A DNA stretch of 60,872 nt, filler included, from Sphacelaria rigidula (Eukaryota): NCBI GenBank assembly GCA_964200075.2. It is 6 parts of 6 records of this genome, joined end to end, with 100 filler letters (N's around TTAATTAATTAA, not from the genome) between each part and the next. Parts side by side here need not be neighbours in the genome. Positions count along the whole stretch, not along the records: positions 1 to 10,063 come from CAXNAA020007223.1; positions 10,164 to 20,226 come from CAXNAA020007224.1; 4 more parts are not named here. One strand, 5' to 3'. Both the position numbers and the translations under genes were made by a program. Below the pieces are notes generated by a model. The model made no database searches and was not told where the DNA came from. It saw only the letters and a program-made list of their open reading frames with translations. This document shows, piece by piece, positions 1-12,619 of this stretch (position 1 is the first letter of the stretch; every line of letters starts with the position of its first letter).

Positions 1-19
1 ACTAAGATTGTACGGCTCG

Positions 20-372
20 AAGCCTACTGATTATCGTGCATTTGAATGACAGCCTACAATGGGTTGCTTAACTTTCTGGTATCGCCACTTCCAGAGACAG
101 TCACGGCTCATACACTGCCTCATGGGTGTCTCACCATGCAAACACTACGTAGTACGATCATCCCAATTGTGCGGAGTTGAGGTTCTCCCAAGCCGCACAG
201 CATGATCTAGCGTGACCATCATGGTTACCGCAAAAAAAAAAAACGCAAGCGCGCAAAAAAATCGGTAAACTGGTAGCCTAGCTTACGCAGTGAGTGGCGT
301 GTTTTATAGCGTCATCGCGAAGCGACGCCAACCCATCGGGGGTCCGCCCCTCCAAAGCCGGGACGGAGCACG
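20..372 (+). repeat. Dispersed repeat, diverged copy of 23240-23665
   Basis: Collinear blocks such as TTTCTGGTATCGCCACTT, GCGGAGTTGAGGTT, ACCATCATGGTTACCGC and ACGCAGTGAGTGG are shared with 23350-23660. Confidence 0.85.
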
Positions 373-1024
373 CCGAGCCCTTGCCAGACAAGGGCGGCGG
401 CTGAGGGGGGGAGCTTTACTGTGCGTACAAGAATATGAGCCTATGCGCCGATGTAATTTTGGGGATTGTCATAAGCAGAGAAGAGCGTTGTTGACACCAA
501 ACAGCGGTCCGGTCACCAACTTCCCATATGAACCTCTGCGAGGGAGGAGGAGTCAGTCCGCTGTGGATAGAAGGGGTCAAGAAATGCAGGTCAGCTTGCC
601 CATGCGTCAGTGTAGCGTTGTGCTGTGCGAACTGCCAACCGGAACCTACTACCAAGAGGAGAAGATCATACAGGATACACTACTGTCGGTGACCATTCCT
701 GGAACCAGACGCCACCTGTAAAGCGCCGTGTATGGGTCACAAACGGCCCCTTACCGATTCGATCATCATCCGTCAGCTTCCCGCTAGCCCACGAATCATC
801 TTCCATTTCCGCAAGTAGTTCAACTGCTCGTGCGTCGCCTTCTGCAGGACCAGCCCCCGCCCCGCCCTGCGCACATTTCCGATTACATATGCGCTCTTTT
901 GGTCACGGTTCAATTGCATATTTTTCATCATGTATCGTCATTTTCCAACATGCCGCTGCGGGCCGTAGCGTACAATAGGGAAAGGGACGAGGGATGAGAC
1001 AAGACGCGAGTAGACGTGGGCACC

Positions 1025-1190
1025 TGTAAAAAAAAAATCATAACCGGTTCTTGGAAACCCCATCAGGCGTTTACCGGTTATGGTTGTTAAACCGGTCCAC
1101 CGGAAAATCGGTTTAACCGGGAAAGGGGGCGTTATTAAGGGGGTTAAATCGGTTTTTGCGGTGAACCGGTGTAACCGGTTCAATTGCGAA
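1025..1190. repeat. ACCGGT-rich segment, probable hAT-type subterminal repeat fragment
   Basis: Many ACCGG/CCGGT motifs clustered in about 160 bp. No termini found. Confidence 0.45.
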
Positions 1191-1309
1191 GTTTGGAGTT
1201 GAGGAATGGCATGACCCCTGCTCATCTCTCGTATTTTTGGGCATTGGGTTGCAGGGGCGGGCGGGGTGTGGGGGGTGTGGAGGGTGTGTGTGTGGGGGGG
1301 GGGTGCATA

Positions 1310-1805
1310 CAGTACTGGGGGCCTGCACTGTACAGGGTTGTTGTGTGGGTTTTCTCGCGGACCGCTCCTCGATGGAACTCGAAAGTGCTAGCGTCGGTAC
1401 ATTTTGGTAAGATAAGCAGATCGTCCTCAAAGCACAGTGCCAAGATTAATGTGAGTTGGTGTTATCGGCCGATTTGAGTAGATACCCCGATTATCAGGAG
1501 GTTTTTTTTTACCGTGAAATACAGTTATTCGGCTCCATCAATAGTGCAATGAGTAGGTGAAATTTCAGAAGCGAAAGCCTGTACATTTCTTCACAAGTAC
1601 GATCGGGACAGGCTCGGTCGACCGAAAATACCGGAGAGATAGAATCTGGGCTGAAAAGTGGCAGGGCTCCCGATGACCGGTAAGCCCGTACGTCACTCAA
1701 TACTGAGTACAGGTGATTATTTTCTCTTGGAATGTGGAGCGGGTACAAGTATCTTCAGATCCTCAATGTGATGAGCGGTGGCAAGCGAAAGAGCGTAAAA
1801 AAATC
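1310..1805. mobile_element. Truncated Tc1/mariner-type MITE, inverted copy of 4327-4856
   Basis: Begins TA|CAGTA. Aligns by eye over about 500 bp to the reverse complement of 4385-4856 (e.g. GATCGGGACAGGCTCG, AGAATCTGGGCTGAAA, CAATGTGATGAGCG). Confidence 0.8.
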
Positions 1806-2724
1806 CTTTCGAAAACGCCTCATCGAAATTCGAGGATATCCGGATGTTTTGGCTTTTACCTATGATATTAGGCTTTCGACGGAGCAAATGCCTCTGAAAA
1901 TGGTATTCTCTTTTAGATCCCGCTGGAAGTGACGTTCGGCACATGAATCTGTCGAATTTGGCATCTTTTTATTTTTATTTTTGCGGATGTGCGCCTGCCT
2001 TGCACACACACAGAAGCATGTAGGATGTTGATGTCTCGAAGTCGACGATAAACATTCGTTGTAATGGAGAAACAAATGCGTACGGTGTGTTTGCCCATTG
2101 CACGTCGAAGGTGCTCTCTGACCTCGATCGTCGAGCACAGCAACACCATGTATCTAGTTTGGGTGTCTCTCTGAGGCAGTGGTCTGATAGTTCGCTACAG
2201 AAGGGCATTGCGCACCGCTGATGCTCGGCGCGATGGTCTTGCGCCGAGCATCTGAGAAATTGGTCGTTGTGGAGACGAACCGTTGAAATCATTGGTTCAT
2301 CATGTCAATTCCCGACTGAATTTGCCCGTTGCTCGGGGATGCTTGTTTTTCCCCTCTCTCGCAATGACATGGTTTATACACGACCAAGACGAATTCCCCA
2401 TTCTAACGTTGCTACTTTTTACATTCTTCGCACGGTGGAGAGAGAGCATCACACCACACTTGATGTCAGTACCCACTCCGAAAAACAAAAACAGACTTCA
2501 GTATTTGTTATCCCTACATACACATCAGTTCCCACCCCTCCTCACACAATATTCCAGGAAACTCGCCCTACTTCAGTCAACGCTCACAATCATCCAACCC
2601 AATCGTTTCTCGAAGCAACGTAGTAATTCAAAACTGCTTATTCAGTGTACGATGCTCGCTCTGTTGTTATCAACAGGATACTCGTTGCAAGCTGGGTCTA
2701 TCAAGAACCGGCGGAGAGGAATAT

Positions 2725-3320
2725 TGCCTAGCACAGCTCAATTTTTCGAGTCGGGACCTGAATTTGGACCTGTGATTTGAAAGATACCACCAACACATCG
2801 CAAGCCTGCCTCTGTTTTTTTTCGCCAAGACACGGTCATCCTAATACGACCAATAGAAATTGCGATGGTCGTATCTCGGGCAAAAAAAACTTGAGAACAG
2901 GGAAAGGCTCGCGATGTGTCGGTGAGTACCTTGCGAATATCATGTCCAATCTTCAGGGTCCGAATCGAAATATTGGGTCGCGCGTTGCGGAATTCCCGAA
3001 TTGCCCGAATGCTGGAGCGGGGAATAGGAGGGATTCGCCAATATCACCACGCGCAGCTCAATTTTCACAGTTGGGACCCGAAATTGGGACATGTGACTTG
3101 CAAGGTGATCACCCACACATTCCGGACCATTTTTTTCTTCTATTTTCGTGGAGATATTACCAAGTGGATTCGACCAAGATAACGCCCAACTCAACAAATT
3201 GGTCGTATCTCGGCGAAAGAATAAAACTTGACGGGATCCGCCATGTGATATTGGTGGGCACTTTGTCAGTCACTCCTCATACGTTCAGGTTTCAACTCCA
3301 AAAACTGAACTGCGCGTCGC
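2725..3320. repeat. Alternating inverted repeat units (tandem foldback, +/-/+/-)
   Basis: CAGCTCAATTTT...GGGACC.GAA(A/T)TTGG at about 2732 and 3055, with inverted counterparts at about 2865-2990 and 3200-3320. Confidence 0.65.
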
Positions 3321-4326
3321 CTTTTCTCGACACTGCCTCAGTCTTGAGGTGCTGCAGATATACATACGCCACCTGATGGTCTAAACTGATGTAAGTCAAA
3401 CCTCGTGGGGCGGAAGATCGACGGATAAATGCCCGGTACATACACGTTCGTCTTTTGTTCTCGTCTGGAACGTGCGTGATTTTCGCATATGAAAATATGA
3501 GGACGGAGAATTCAAATACCCCTCCTAAATATGCAATGGATCACAGGTATACTAGTACTACACTGTATGACAACAAACTGTTGCTTCCCACCCTGAAAAT
3601 CGTGGGCATGTTTTCACAGATTTCATAGATGAGCCATTCATGACAAGAAGATTTGTAAATCAAGACAAGACAAGAAGCGACGACGTGGAGATCGTTCGGG
3701 AGCGAGTGCACTTTAACCCGATGGTAGTGCGAAGCTTGCAGCCATTGTTGGTGTCGGGCCCGGCCATGTGTTCGATTAAGAAGCTTCTAGGAATTCAAAC
3801 CCTCACTGCAAACTTGCGATCAATCATCCGTGACTCATACTTGCGCTACTTTTTGCCGCGACTTCTTAATTCTTTCACTGTTCCCGAGGCAAGAAAACGT
3901 GATATTTGTGCGTGCTAGAGATACGGCGGTCCTAGTGTATAATACGTGTACTACCACCCTGTAGACGCAAAATTATCCGCTGGTTGATCACCTGCTGGAT
4001 CTGCGTACTACACACGAGGAGGAGACGAGAGCAACGTGTGGGAGGATGTTGTCATTTTTTTTTCAGTGTCCTGCTATAGTGATCTGGTTCATTTTCTTCT
4101 ACTTCATCACTAACCCATGTCACCAACACAACAACATTGTGGACCTGAAAAGCGAGTTACTTTTCATCGTACAGAAAAACGAAGGGGGAATAGCTGCGGC
4201 TGTGTATAGGTGGGGGTTCCAAATACCAATATAGCAATACAATCAGTACGTCGCAATCGAATTATGGGCACATAATGGGTGTGCATGCTGCAGAGGTTAC
4301 GTGCGGTCAGATTGTGAGCAGAATTA

Positions 4327-4856
4327 CAGTAGTGGCTGGTCTAACTTTTCATTTTGAGGTATCTTGTGTTTTCTTCGTAATTGGCGATTTTTTGGGCTCT
4401 TTTCGCTTGCCATCGCTCATCACATTGGGGATCTATAGATTTATATATCCGCTCCACATTTCAAGAAAAAATTTTTATCTGTGCTCAATATCGAGTGACT
4501 GACGGTCTGACCGGTCATTGGGGGTCCTGCGATGTTTCAGCCCAGATTCTTACTCTTCGGTATTTTCGGTCGATCGAGCCTGTCCCGATCATATTTCTGA
4601 AAAAATGTAAAGTTTTACTTTTTTGGAATTCTGCCTGCCCATTGCACTAGAGTCGGAAAACTGTGTTTCACGGTCAATAGCAACCTCCTGATGAACGGGG
4701 TATTTACTCGTTTCGCCTGACTTGGGCACTGTGTTTCAAGGACGATCTGTTTATTGCACCAAAATCTACCGACGCTAGCAATTTCGAGTTCTATCGAAGA
4801 GTAGTAAACGAGGAAAACCTCAAAACCCCGCTGAATAGTTAGACCGCCCACTACTG
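4327..4856. mobile_element. Complete Tc1/mariner-type MITE (530 bp)
   Basis: TIRs CAGTAGTGG(CT/GC)GGTCTAACT at both ends, with TA on both sides (4325-26 and 4857-58). Confidence 0.88.
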
Positions 4857-7418
4857 TAGGCACGTTGAATCGTGGTTCGTCGATGGGTTTGATGTGATAA
4901 AGCCGGGCAGTTATCAGGATGTAGAGCGTGAATACCGTGGTGGTATAAGTGTCGTAGTACATAGCATGTCGGATCGACAAGTCATTGCAAGCAGGCGTGA
5001 GAAGGACGGCGTAGGAGTCCAACACGCATCACGCGAGGATGAATTGGCGTTGGCGACGAGAGATGACCGTATGGAAGAGCGGGCGAGAGGCTCGGAGGGC
5101 GATACGGTATACGCTCATAGCGTCTACCTTACTACATTTGGGCCCCACCTTAGGAAGAGCAGTGCATGAGGTCCGTCACCTCTGAAGGTGCATGGTACGA
5201 GGTGTGACGTCGGTGACAGTGGACGAGGTTTTGACGTGCGTCTGAGGAACGCCCATAGGATTATTGGAGCACCAATTGATTTCAAAAACAGATTTTTCAG
5301 GACGAGGGGACGCCATTATCATATTGAGGGCGTACGCCCCGAGCCAAACCGTCCCTCTCCCCAACTGATGAGGGGGAACCTCCACAGGGGCCACCAGAGC
5401 CAGAAAAAAACGCGTTTTGGTGACTTCATCTCTCTCACATGTCGAGTTCATTAGTAACCACTTGAACCCTGTGACCGCGAGGTTAGTCTATCCGGATCAT
5501 GCATGCTTTTTTCAGAGTGAAATTGATGCCGACTCGACAGACGACCTACTCTCGTTATCTAAGGGTTAAGGCCAGCACTCCACGTGCATGAGTTCAATTT
5601 TGCTGAGGAAAAGTGCTGAAAAAAATCCCGCTGTGCCCCTCACTGAGATGTGCCAGAAAGTTTGTATATATATATATATATATACACACACACAGGGGTT
5701 TCGGGAGCTTAAGCTGCCACGCTGTGTGGATCGAATTCCAAGAAACATGAGAACCGGTGACGGTTGTGTGCGTTGCGTAATGGCACATGTCATACAATAG
5801 TTTGAAGATAAGGCCGTGGCTGCTCGTCAGCAGCTGAGCACGTTGTGAGTGATCTTGCACAAATCTGTTCAGCATCCAGTGAGAGACGATCAGAAACTGA
5901 TGCTGATTCAATTTCGAAATGATACCGGTTCAATTTTGAAGGAGAAAAAAACATTGCACGAGGTATTCGGCGACTCGTGATAAAAAAAATCGCATGTGCG
6001 GTAGAGTAGCCGCAGCTGCTGCAGCAGCAGTACAGAGACAGTAAAAAACGAAGAACAGTTGAGAAGATACGACATACGTGCGGCATCAAACTACCCTCGA
6101 CTTCTGCCAGTCCTGCCCCGAGAGTTCAGTGGAGAACGATGGCACGCTGATGGTTTCATATCGATCCAATTATATGACAAATACTACCGATTTCACGAAT
6201 GAACGAGGCCTGCGTGCGGCAGAGAGAGATGACACCTCCGACGGCCCAAGGATCCACCTAGACGTGTGAGAGATTAAATGTATCAAACGGAACGCACCGT
6301 AATACCATAACGCCACGCAGAACACAGCACGTGAAGCAATATTACTCCAAACCCAAGCAGAACAAAACGGACGGTCATGTCCGGCGGAATGCAAGGGAAG
6401 TGTCACTTGAGAGGTCTCAGCGACAAAGACGTCAATCTTCAATCATACGAAGGCGAAATCGGGCTTGTGGGAGCTTGAAAACGAAATAACACCCATGTGC
6501 AGGGAGACGTGTCCACGATACTGATTAATAACTATATGCCAACTGTTATTTTCAAAGAGAAAGGTGTGTTGTGTAAATCGAAATACTGCGGCAGACGTAC
6601 CTGATCCCTCGTGCGGCTGCAGCACCCCCAAGGTGAAGTATCCAATTTGGGGAGAACCTGCTAGCCGTAGCGTTAGCTGTTGGGTTTTAGGTGGTGCTCA
6701 CCACGACAGCAGAATCATCAGACTCGCGGTTGGCACTGCTGGTGTTGGAAACACTACTTCAGTGCTGCGGAGGTTGTTCTTGCTCCTAGGCTCTGCTCTA
6801 CTCGTCTCCCGCTGAGGAGTACACTGCGGCTACTGTGCGTGTATCTAGACAGCTTTTCTAACCCAAACTACACACTTCCAACTACAGACTACAGATAGTA
6901 ATGCAAATATCGTGTATATTATACTGGACAATGGCCGTAACATATGTATAATCGATGGACAATGACGATAGCACGGATGGCAATGTATTGGTATATCGGT
7001 GTCGCTGACTTTCAGTGTCAATATATCGCGATATCTCGGTGACGACCAGCATATATCGGTACCAATACACAACCCTAGAAACAGTTCAATGCAACATTTT
7101 GCACATATACATGTCAGCTTCCCGCACAAAAGTTGCTCTGCCATGACTTCATCGCCTACCCCTCCCCCACAAGACTGTGATTTGATATCCTGGATAATTC
7201 CACAACTCTCGTAACTATCCCGTATTCTGTAAGGGAAGAGGGTACCACATATTGGGATGGCGGGGGGGGGGGGGGGGGCCGTTTCCGCTTTTCCGCCCCT
7301 CGCTCCAGGGGATGAAAGGACGGAGGGGAGGGAATACCAGAAAAACGCNNNNNNNNNNATACTTAAATCAATCCCCCCCCTGGCAATCTCCCCGGTGTGG
7401 GGGGGGGGGGGGGGGGGA

Positions 7419-7450
<32 letters not shown>

Positions 7451-7861
7451 GCGTACTCATTTGTTGCTTGTCTTCGTCGTTTGACCAGAGACGGAGCACC
7501 GTTCCTCCTCCTAATAGAGACACCTCCAATATTCCGGTGCTCATCACGTTTCCCCGATACACTACACAAAAACCTTTTACATATCTTATCTTCGTCCCGT
7601 TTCGCCATCTGTGGCCACCATCTATCTCCTAGTGTGTGCGTGTGTGGGGGGGGGGGGGGCACCGCTTTCCGCTGATCACCGCAACCCTACAGCATGTCAT
7701 ATCCCAAATAACAAGTTATGGCAATCACGATCGTTGACGCTTGTGGTCAAATTGAGTTTATCATCAGTGGGCTTCACGCACGTTTTCCGAGAATGTATAT
7801 CCCTGCCTTCTACTAGTGCCGAGTACGGCATCCCAATATCCGGAACAACAAAAAAACTAAC

Positions 7862-8440
7862 CTGGGATAATTTCACCGCAAGATACGCGTCCCTGTACGC
7901 CTTCCTGGCTAGACTGCTAGATGGTGCATCTTGCCCATCTTCCGCCCCTCCCGCTTGGCGCTTTCGAGCTAATGCCCGCCTATACGACGCTTTCTGCCGC
8001 AGGGCGCGCTCTAGTCCATGCGTCTTCAGTAGTTCCGAGCAGGTTCCTTCCGCGCCTCGCAGATCGCCGGACTGGTGACGGTAGTGGGCATCAAGGGTGG
8101 ACGTTGGAGAGAGCCATCGGTAGTAGAGTAAGGGGAAACAACAAATGGCAACACTAATACGAGTAGCGGGTGATAGCCGCACTACTTCTTCGTCGCCGAC
8201 TCAGCTCCGCCGGGTTAGGGTACATGGATGGACAAGTGCTGGGGCCTGCGCGGTAGAGTGTACGGGACACGTTGGCTGCTACATTTGTACAATTGCTGTT
8301 ACCTGCGTTGCGCACTTGCTTGAATATCGGCATGCACTTGCAAGTTGTGACAACAGTAACCCCCCCCCGGGGCATCTACTGTGTTGCCTGCATGAGCATT
8401 AAATGATTTCTACAAGGGCACTTGTACACCTCCATCCTGT
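7862..8440 (-). pseudogene. TPR-domain gene remnant, probably a pseudogene
   Basis: AG/GT-bounded exon 8071-7862 encodes SGDLRGAEGTCSELL...QKASYRRALARK...ARKAYRDAYLAVKLSQ, matching the TPR consensus KAxYRRAxA...AxxDxxxAxxL. The upstream exon-like piece (ALVHPC.LNPAELSRRR) needs a frameshift. Further stop-containing exon-like pieces lie downstream (about 6600-6810, 6090-6260, 2510-2700, 2085-2250, 755-842). Confidence 0.55.
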
Positions 8441-8917
8441 AGAGCACCAGTTCAACGGCTATTGTGTCGAGTGGTTTCCGTCTACTTTTACAACTGCGCT
8501 CGGGTAGCGTATTGTATCGTACCACATCGGAAATTGACACGAACACATAGGCAGTTTACCGTTACCGGCTATTAGGTGTAATATTCGTACTTATCCAACG
8601 GATCATGACATTTCATTAGAAAATGTGCCATGTATGTACGAACTAGCTGTAGGCGGTATTCCATGGTATCCATAGAGAATAAACGTCCTTAATACGGAAC
8701 AGTACCAAGTAATGAACCCTTCCTTTAATCGTCCATAACTCCGCGAAATATTGATCGTTTTCCATTCTGTTTTTGCTGCGTGTGCACAAGAGCACGACGC
8801 TCCTTTTGAGCTACTGCACGTGCCCACAGCATCGGGAAACATCATCCCACAGCAGTGCTTATAAGTGCGTGTGTGTCTTTCTACAAAAACAGCATTTTGG
8901 TCGATCGGTTGCTAAGC

Positions 8918-9450
8918 ATGCAGAGAGCAAGGGTGGACCGAGAACGTGCAACAGAGGCTGTAGAAGCGGTGCGCAGCGGTCGCATGACCTTCTATGCTGC
9001 TGCAAAAACCTTTGACATCTCCGTTGGTTCGCTGCAGAAGCGTGTCAGTCGAAGCGTGGGCATAGTTGGCAGGGTTGGTCCGGGTACTATACTGTCGAGG
9101 TAGGAAGAAAATTGCATCGAAGATATGCTGAAATTTGCCGCAGCTCGTCAACGGGCCTGAATAGAGATGGCCTGAAACAGGCGGTGTGGCACTCTGCAGC
9201 GACAACAGACCGGTGCCATAGGACCAGACAGTAGACTCAGGTCAAAAATGGCTCCCCTTGTTCCTTCGGAGGCACCCGCGGCTAGGTGGGCACAGCAGCC
9301 GCATCTACAAGGCCAACAGGGTGGTGCGGCCGACGAAGAAGATCGCACGCCGGAGTTTTGTATGGCCTGTGAGGACTACGTGGACAGAGAGAAGCCAGCA
9401 ACCGGCCACAGATGGAACACTGACGAGACAGGTGTTTTACAGTCTATCAA
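8918..9450 (+). mobile_element. Decayed pogo/Fot1-type (Tc1/mariner superfamily) transposase
   Basis: Pipsqueak-type HTH (EAVEAVRSGRMTFYAAAKTFDISVGSLQKRV), CENP-B-type HTH (ILSR*EENCIEDML...KWLPLFLRRHPRL) and first catalytic motif RWNTDETG, broken by stops and frameshifts. Confidence 0.85.
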
Positions 9451-10063
9451 GAGCCGTTCCGTTCATGTGGCACAACGCATGTGTCTACAGCTAGAGCCAG
9501 AGACTGTTGCTGTGGCGTGATGTTTGTCTGCTCTCAAATATGCTGCGTTTGAAACGATATTATTCTCGCCGCATTCTTGGCCGACAAAACACTTGACGTT
9601 TGCCTGCTCATTGTTGTCTCGGCGTGTTCTGTTGATTGCACTTACTCTTTATAGAGGTACTGCCTATACTGTCTGCAGAGGTGTTGCAAGTCCCGCGGTT
9701 AGAGGTGGTGCCAGTACTGTGTGTACCACCTGATACCCGACGTACTACTCTGTACCGTGCCCCGCCCCCTCCCCCCCTCCCTACACCCGCCACTCGCGAA
9801 TATCTTCGCCGTAGGTGTTACTGCGCGCAAGGGACCAGGGCGTGGAAGGCCATCGCCGAGAAAGATTCCGCGAAGTTTTCGCTGCTTGGTTTGCTCTATT
9901 TCGTGCTCACTGCTGTCTGCGAGCTGCGTCTGCCGTTCTCGTAGTCATTGCCGATTTTTGTGAAAATGTTGTGTGTAGGGGGGGGGGGGGGGGGGGGGGG
10001 CAGCAAGCGTGTTTAATTTGAACGCGACCGGGAGACCACACGTCTGGACCCCAGTCAGCGCTA

Positions 10064-10163
10064 NNNNNNNNNNNNNNNNNNNNNNNNNNNNNNNNNNNNN
10101 NNNNNNNTTAATTAATTAANNNNNNNNNNNNNNNNNNNNNNNNNNNNNNNNNNNNNNNNNNNN
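10064..10163. other. Artificial scaffold-joining linker (44N-TTAATTAATTAA-44N)
   Basis: Identical 100-bp structure at five positions. The 12-mer puts stop codons in all six frames. Confidence 0.98.
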
Positions 10164-10763
10164 AAAAAAAAAAACGGTAGAGAATTGTGCTCGATTATCT
10201 TACTTGCTGAAACGCTATTCTATTTATGCTACTAAAGTAGAATTATGCCAGAAATTATGCTAGCATACTAAGTCAAAGCGTAAGTAGTAAGTACACTACA
10301 GTTGCCCCCAACAACAGTGCAAGACCCGAAACAAGGTTTTGTTGTCGAAGGGTAAAGACTGGCTTCATAGCACAAGCCACCTCTGTGCTGTGTGGCTTCA
10401 TTAACCTCGTCCCCCATGAAGCATTGGTCTGTACCCGTAGTTATTTCGAGTCTTCTCATATCTACCCCAGATCCACCGCACAGGGTGAACGAGTGCACAG
10501 TCATGTTTGGAGTGTCATTTTGTCATTTCGTGTGAGCTTGTTGAAGCTTCGAAAATCACGCCGCTTCTCGAAAGAGGACAGGACGGGAAAATGTTCCGAT
10601 AATCGACAGTTCCGAAAATCCCTGTTTTTTTCTTCTTCTTTGGCGTTACTTCCTCGGTCAAAGGTTGATTCCGGAAGCTTTGGTTTTCCTCTCTTCACCG
10701 CGGTTTTCTTTCTTCGGTGTACTGTAAACGCATCTCATCACGAGTTACTGTCGAGTGATGCTA

Positions 10764-10998
10764 CGGTAGGGGTGCACAAATATTTTCTGGGGTTCAACTT
10801 GTGAAGGAGCCCTTTATCTCATCCGAAACATGACCCATGGAATATGCGAGAGTACGCCAGGATTACTATTCCAATGTGCTAGGAATATCTCGAATGAATT
10901 TGCAAACGAAGATGTTCTGAACCATCTATTTGCGCATCTGAAACCGTTAGGAGCCCCTGAACCAGACAAGAGTTTGAGCAAGAAGTGCACCCCTACCG
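10764..10998. mobile_element. Tc1/mariner-type MITE (235 bp)
   Basis: TA|CGGTAGGGGTGCAC ... GTGCACCCCTACCG|TA. Confidence 0.85.
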
Positions 10999-11360
10999 TA
11001 GCATTGCTCTCTCACCGATTTTGACCATCCATTCCTTGCGCACGCAACGACTTATAGGACTACAACACTGAATAAACATCAAAAGGTTTCCAAACCTGTA
11101 TGCGGTAGTAGAGTGTATATCGTAGACGAGACGGTATTTGGCAACCCGTCGTTAATCCTCACCGTGCGAAAGAAGCTTGTGATGTGTTGAGAAAGCAGGA
11201 ACAGAGAAACAGGTTTTCCGAAACTGTCACACTTTACGGTAATGGTGAGCTACGCTGATGAGACCAGCTCTTGTGGGGAACGATCAAAATCGAATCAGAT
11301 TTCGGAAAAAATTGAACATCGCTTTTTTCTGCCGTGGTTTTGAATGTTTTGTCGTCCCAT

Positions 11361-11490
11361 ATATTCTGGACGCCGATCTACACCTTTCCGTATATGTGCG
11401 CGCACCAGCCGGGCTCACACAGGAGGAGGGCCAACACCAGAGTTGTTCCTTCTTTGTTTGTTTGTAGTTGTCCACCTTCCTTCTGCTTTT
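11361..11490 (+). repeat. Dispersed repeat (probable retroposon 3' region), copy of 30859-30985
   Basis: TATTCTGGACGCCG.TCTACACCTTTC...GCGCACCAGCCGGG.TCACA is shared. Confidence 0.8.
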
Positions 11491-12619
11491 TTTGGAGACA
11501 ATAAAAAATACTCGTGCGGCATAAAATTGGAGTTGACCGCACGAAGTTGGCATGATCTAGGAGTTTTGCATCTGTACATCACTCAAAGAGAACACAACGG
11601 CTATGCAGTCATCACGTGACCTTTTCACACCCTGGACAATATATGGTCAGTACTTTCCCACGTAGGACAACTCATGAGTCAACTCAGTCATGCTGTATAA
11701 CTCGCTCAGCCAGATTTTGCATTGCTGAACTTTGCTGTATCACTCACCCGACCAGAGTGTGCACCGCTGAGTTATACTGCTATAACTCACAGGTAAGTTA
11801 TGCGGAAAAGAGAGTTAACCCGTGTCAGCCTGAATTAAGTTTTAAGACGTGTGCGATAGTTGCAATAGACAATAAATGTACTGCTTAAAGTATAGGTGTA
11901 TCGGAACCATTGACCATGTATTGTCCAGGGTGTTGATTTTTCTCAACTTTGTGCAGACAGCACTTTGTGCCCACCCCAATTCTGTACAGATTTGAGCACA
12001 GCAGCAGTTCAGCAGCTCAGGCAACCTCGCAGCGCAGATCAAAGCGTGTTCCTCGGGTTCAAACGCACCACAGTCCAGCGACAACTACAGCTCATAAAAA
12101 CGATGGGTGTGGGTACGAAGCGTGTTGTTTGTTTGACAGACGACATAACAGCCAACACATCATGACGTTTTCAACAGTGTGTAAGACACCAGTGTGTGCC
12201 GACTACAACTTTTGTACCGACCGGGACACGAAAGCATTGCAGCAGCTCATGAAATCCGTATTTCATGTTGTGTTTGTCATGCTTCAGTCACCCCCAGCCT
12301 GTGCTATACTCCAGTTTGCGTCATAACTCAAGGGGTGTTCGTAGTGTGCGTGTGCATGTTTCCACAGTATGCCCATCCTCGAATTATCGCTCTCTCTGTA
12401 CTTCGTATGTGTGGGGGAGCTCTCTAACGGATTTATAAGTGTATCACGCGCTTATCATGTGTGTGTGCGTGTGTATTTTTTTCTCTAGGGTGTGCTCACC
12501 TGCGAATGTGGGAAAGGGCTCTGAAGGCGTTACAAGAGGCAAAAAGGAAGGGTCTGCCTCTCACAGCTTCGATTTATGCATACGGGATTACCGCTATGAG
12601 CAAGGGTGGAAGGTGAGTC

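Noticed and set aside
1732..1932. Penelope-like RT motif (FRKRLIEIRGYP), and similar hints at 4615-5025 and 16659-17201 (FLDLRV)
   Set aside because: These ORFs run through non-coding MITEs with TIRs or mirror arms, so the matches are likely chance.
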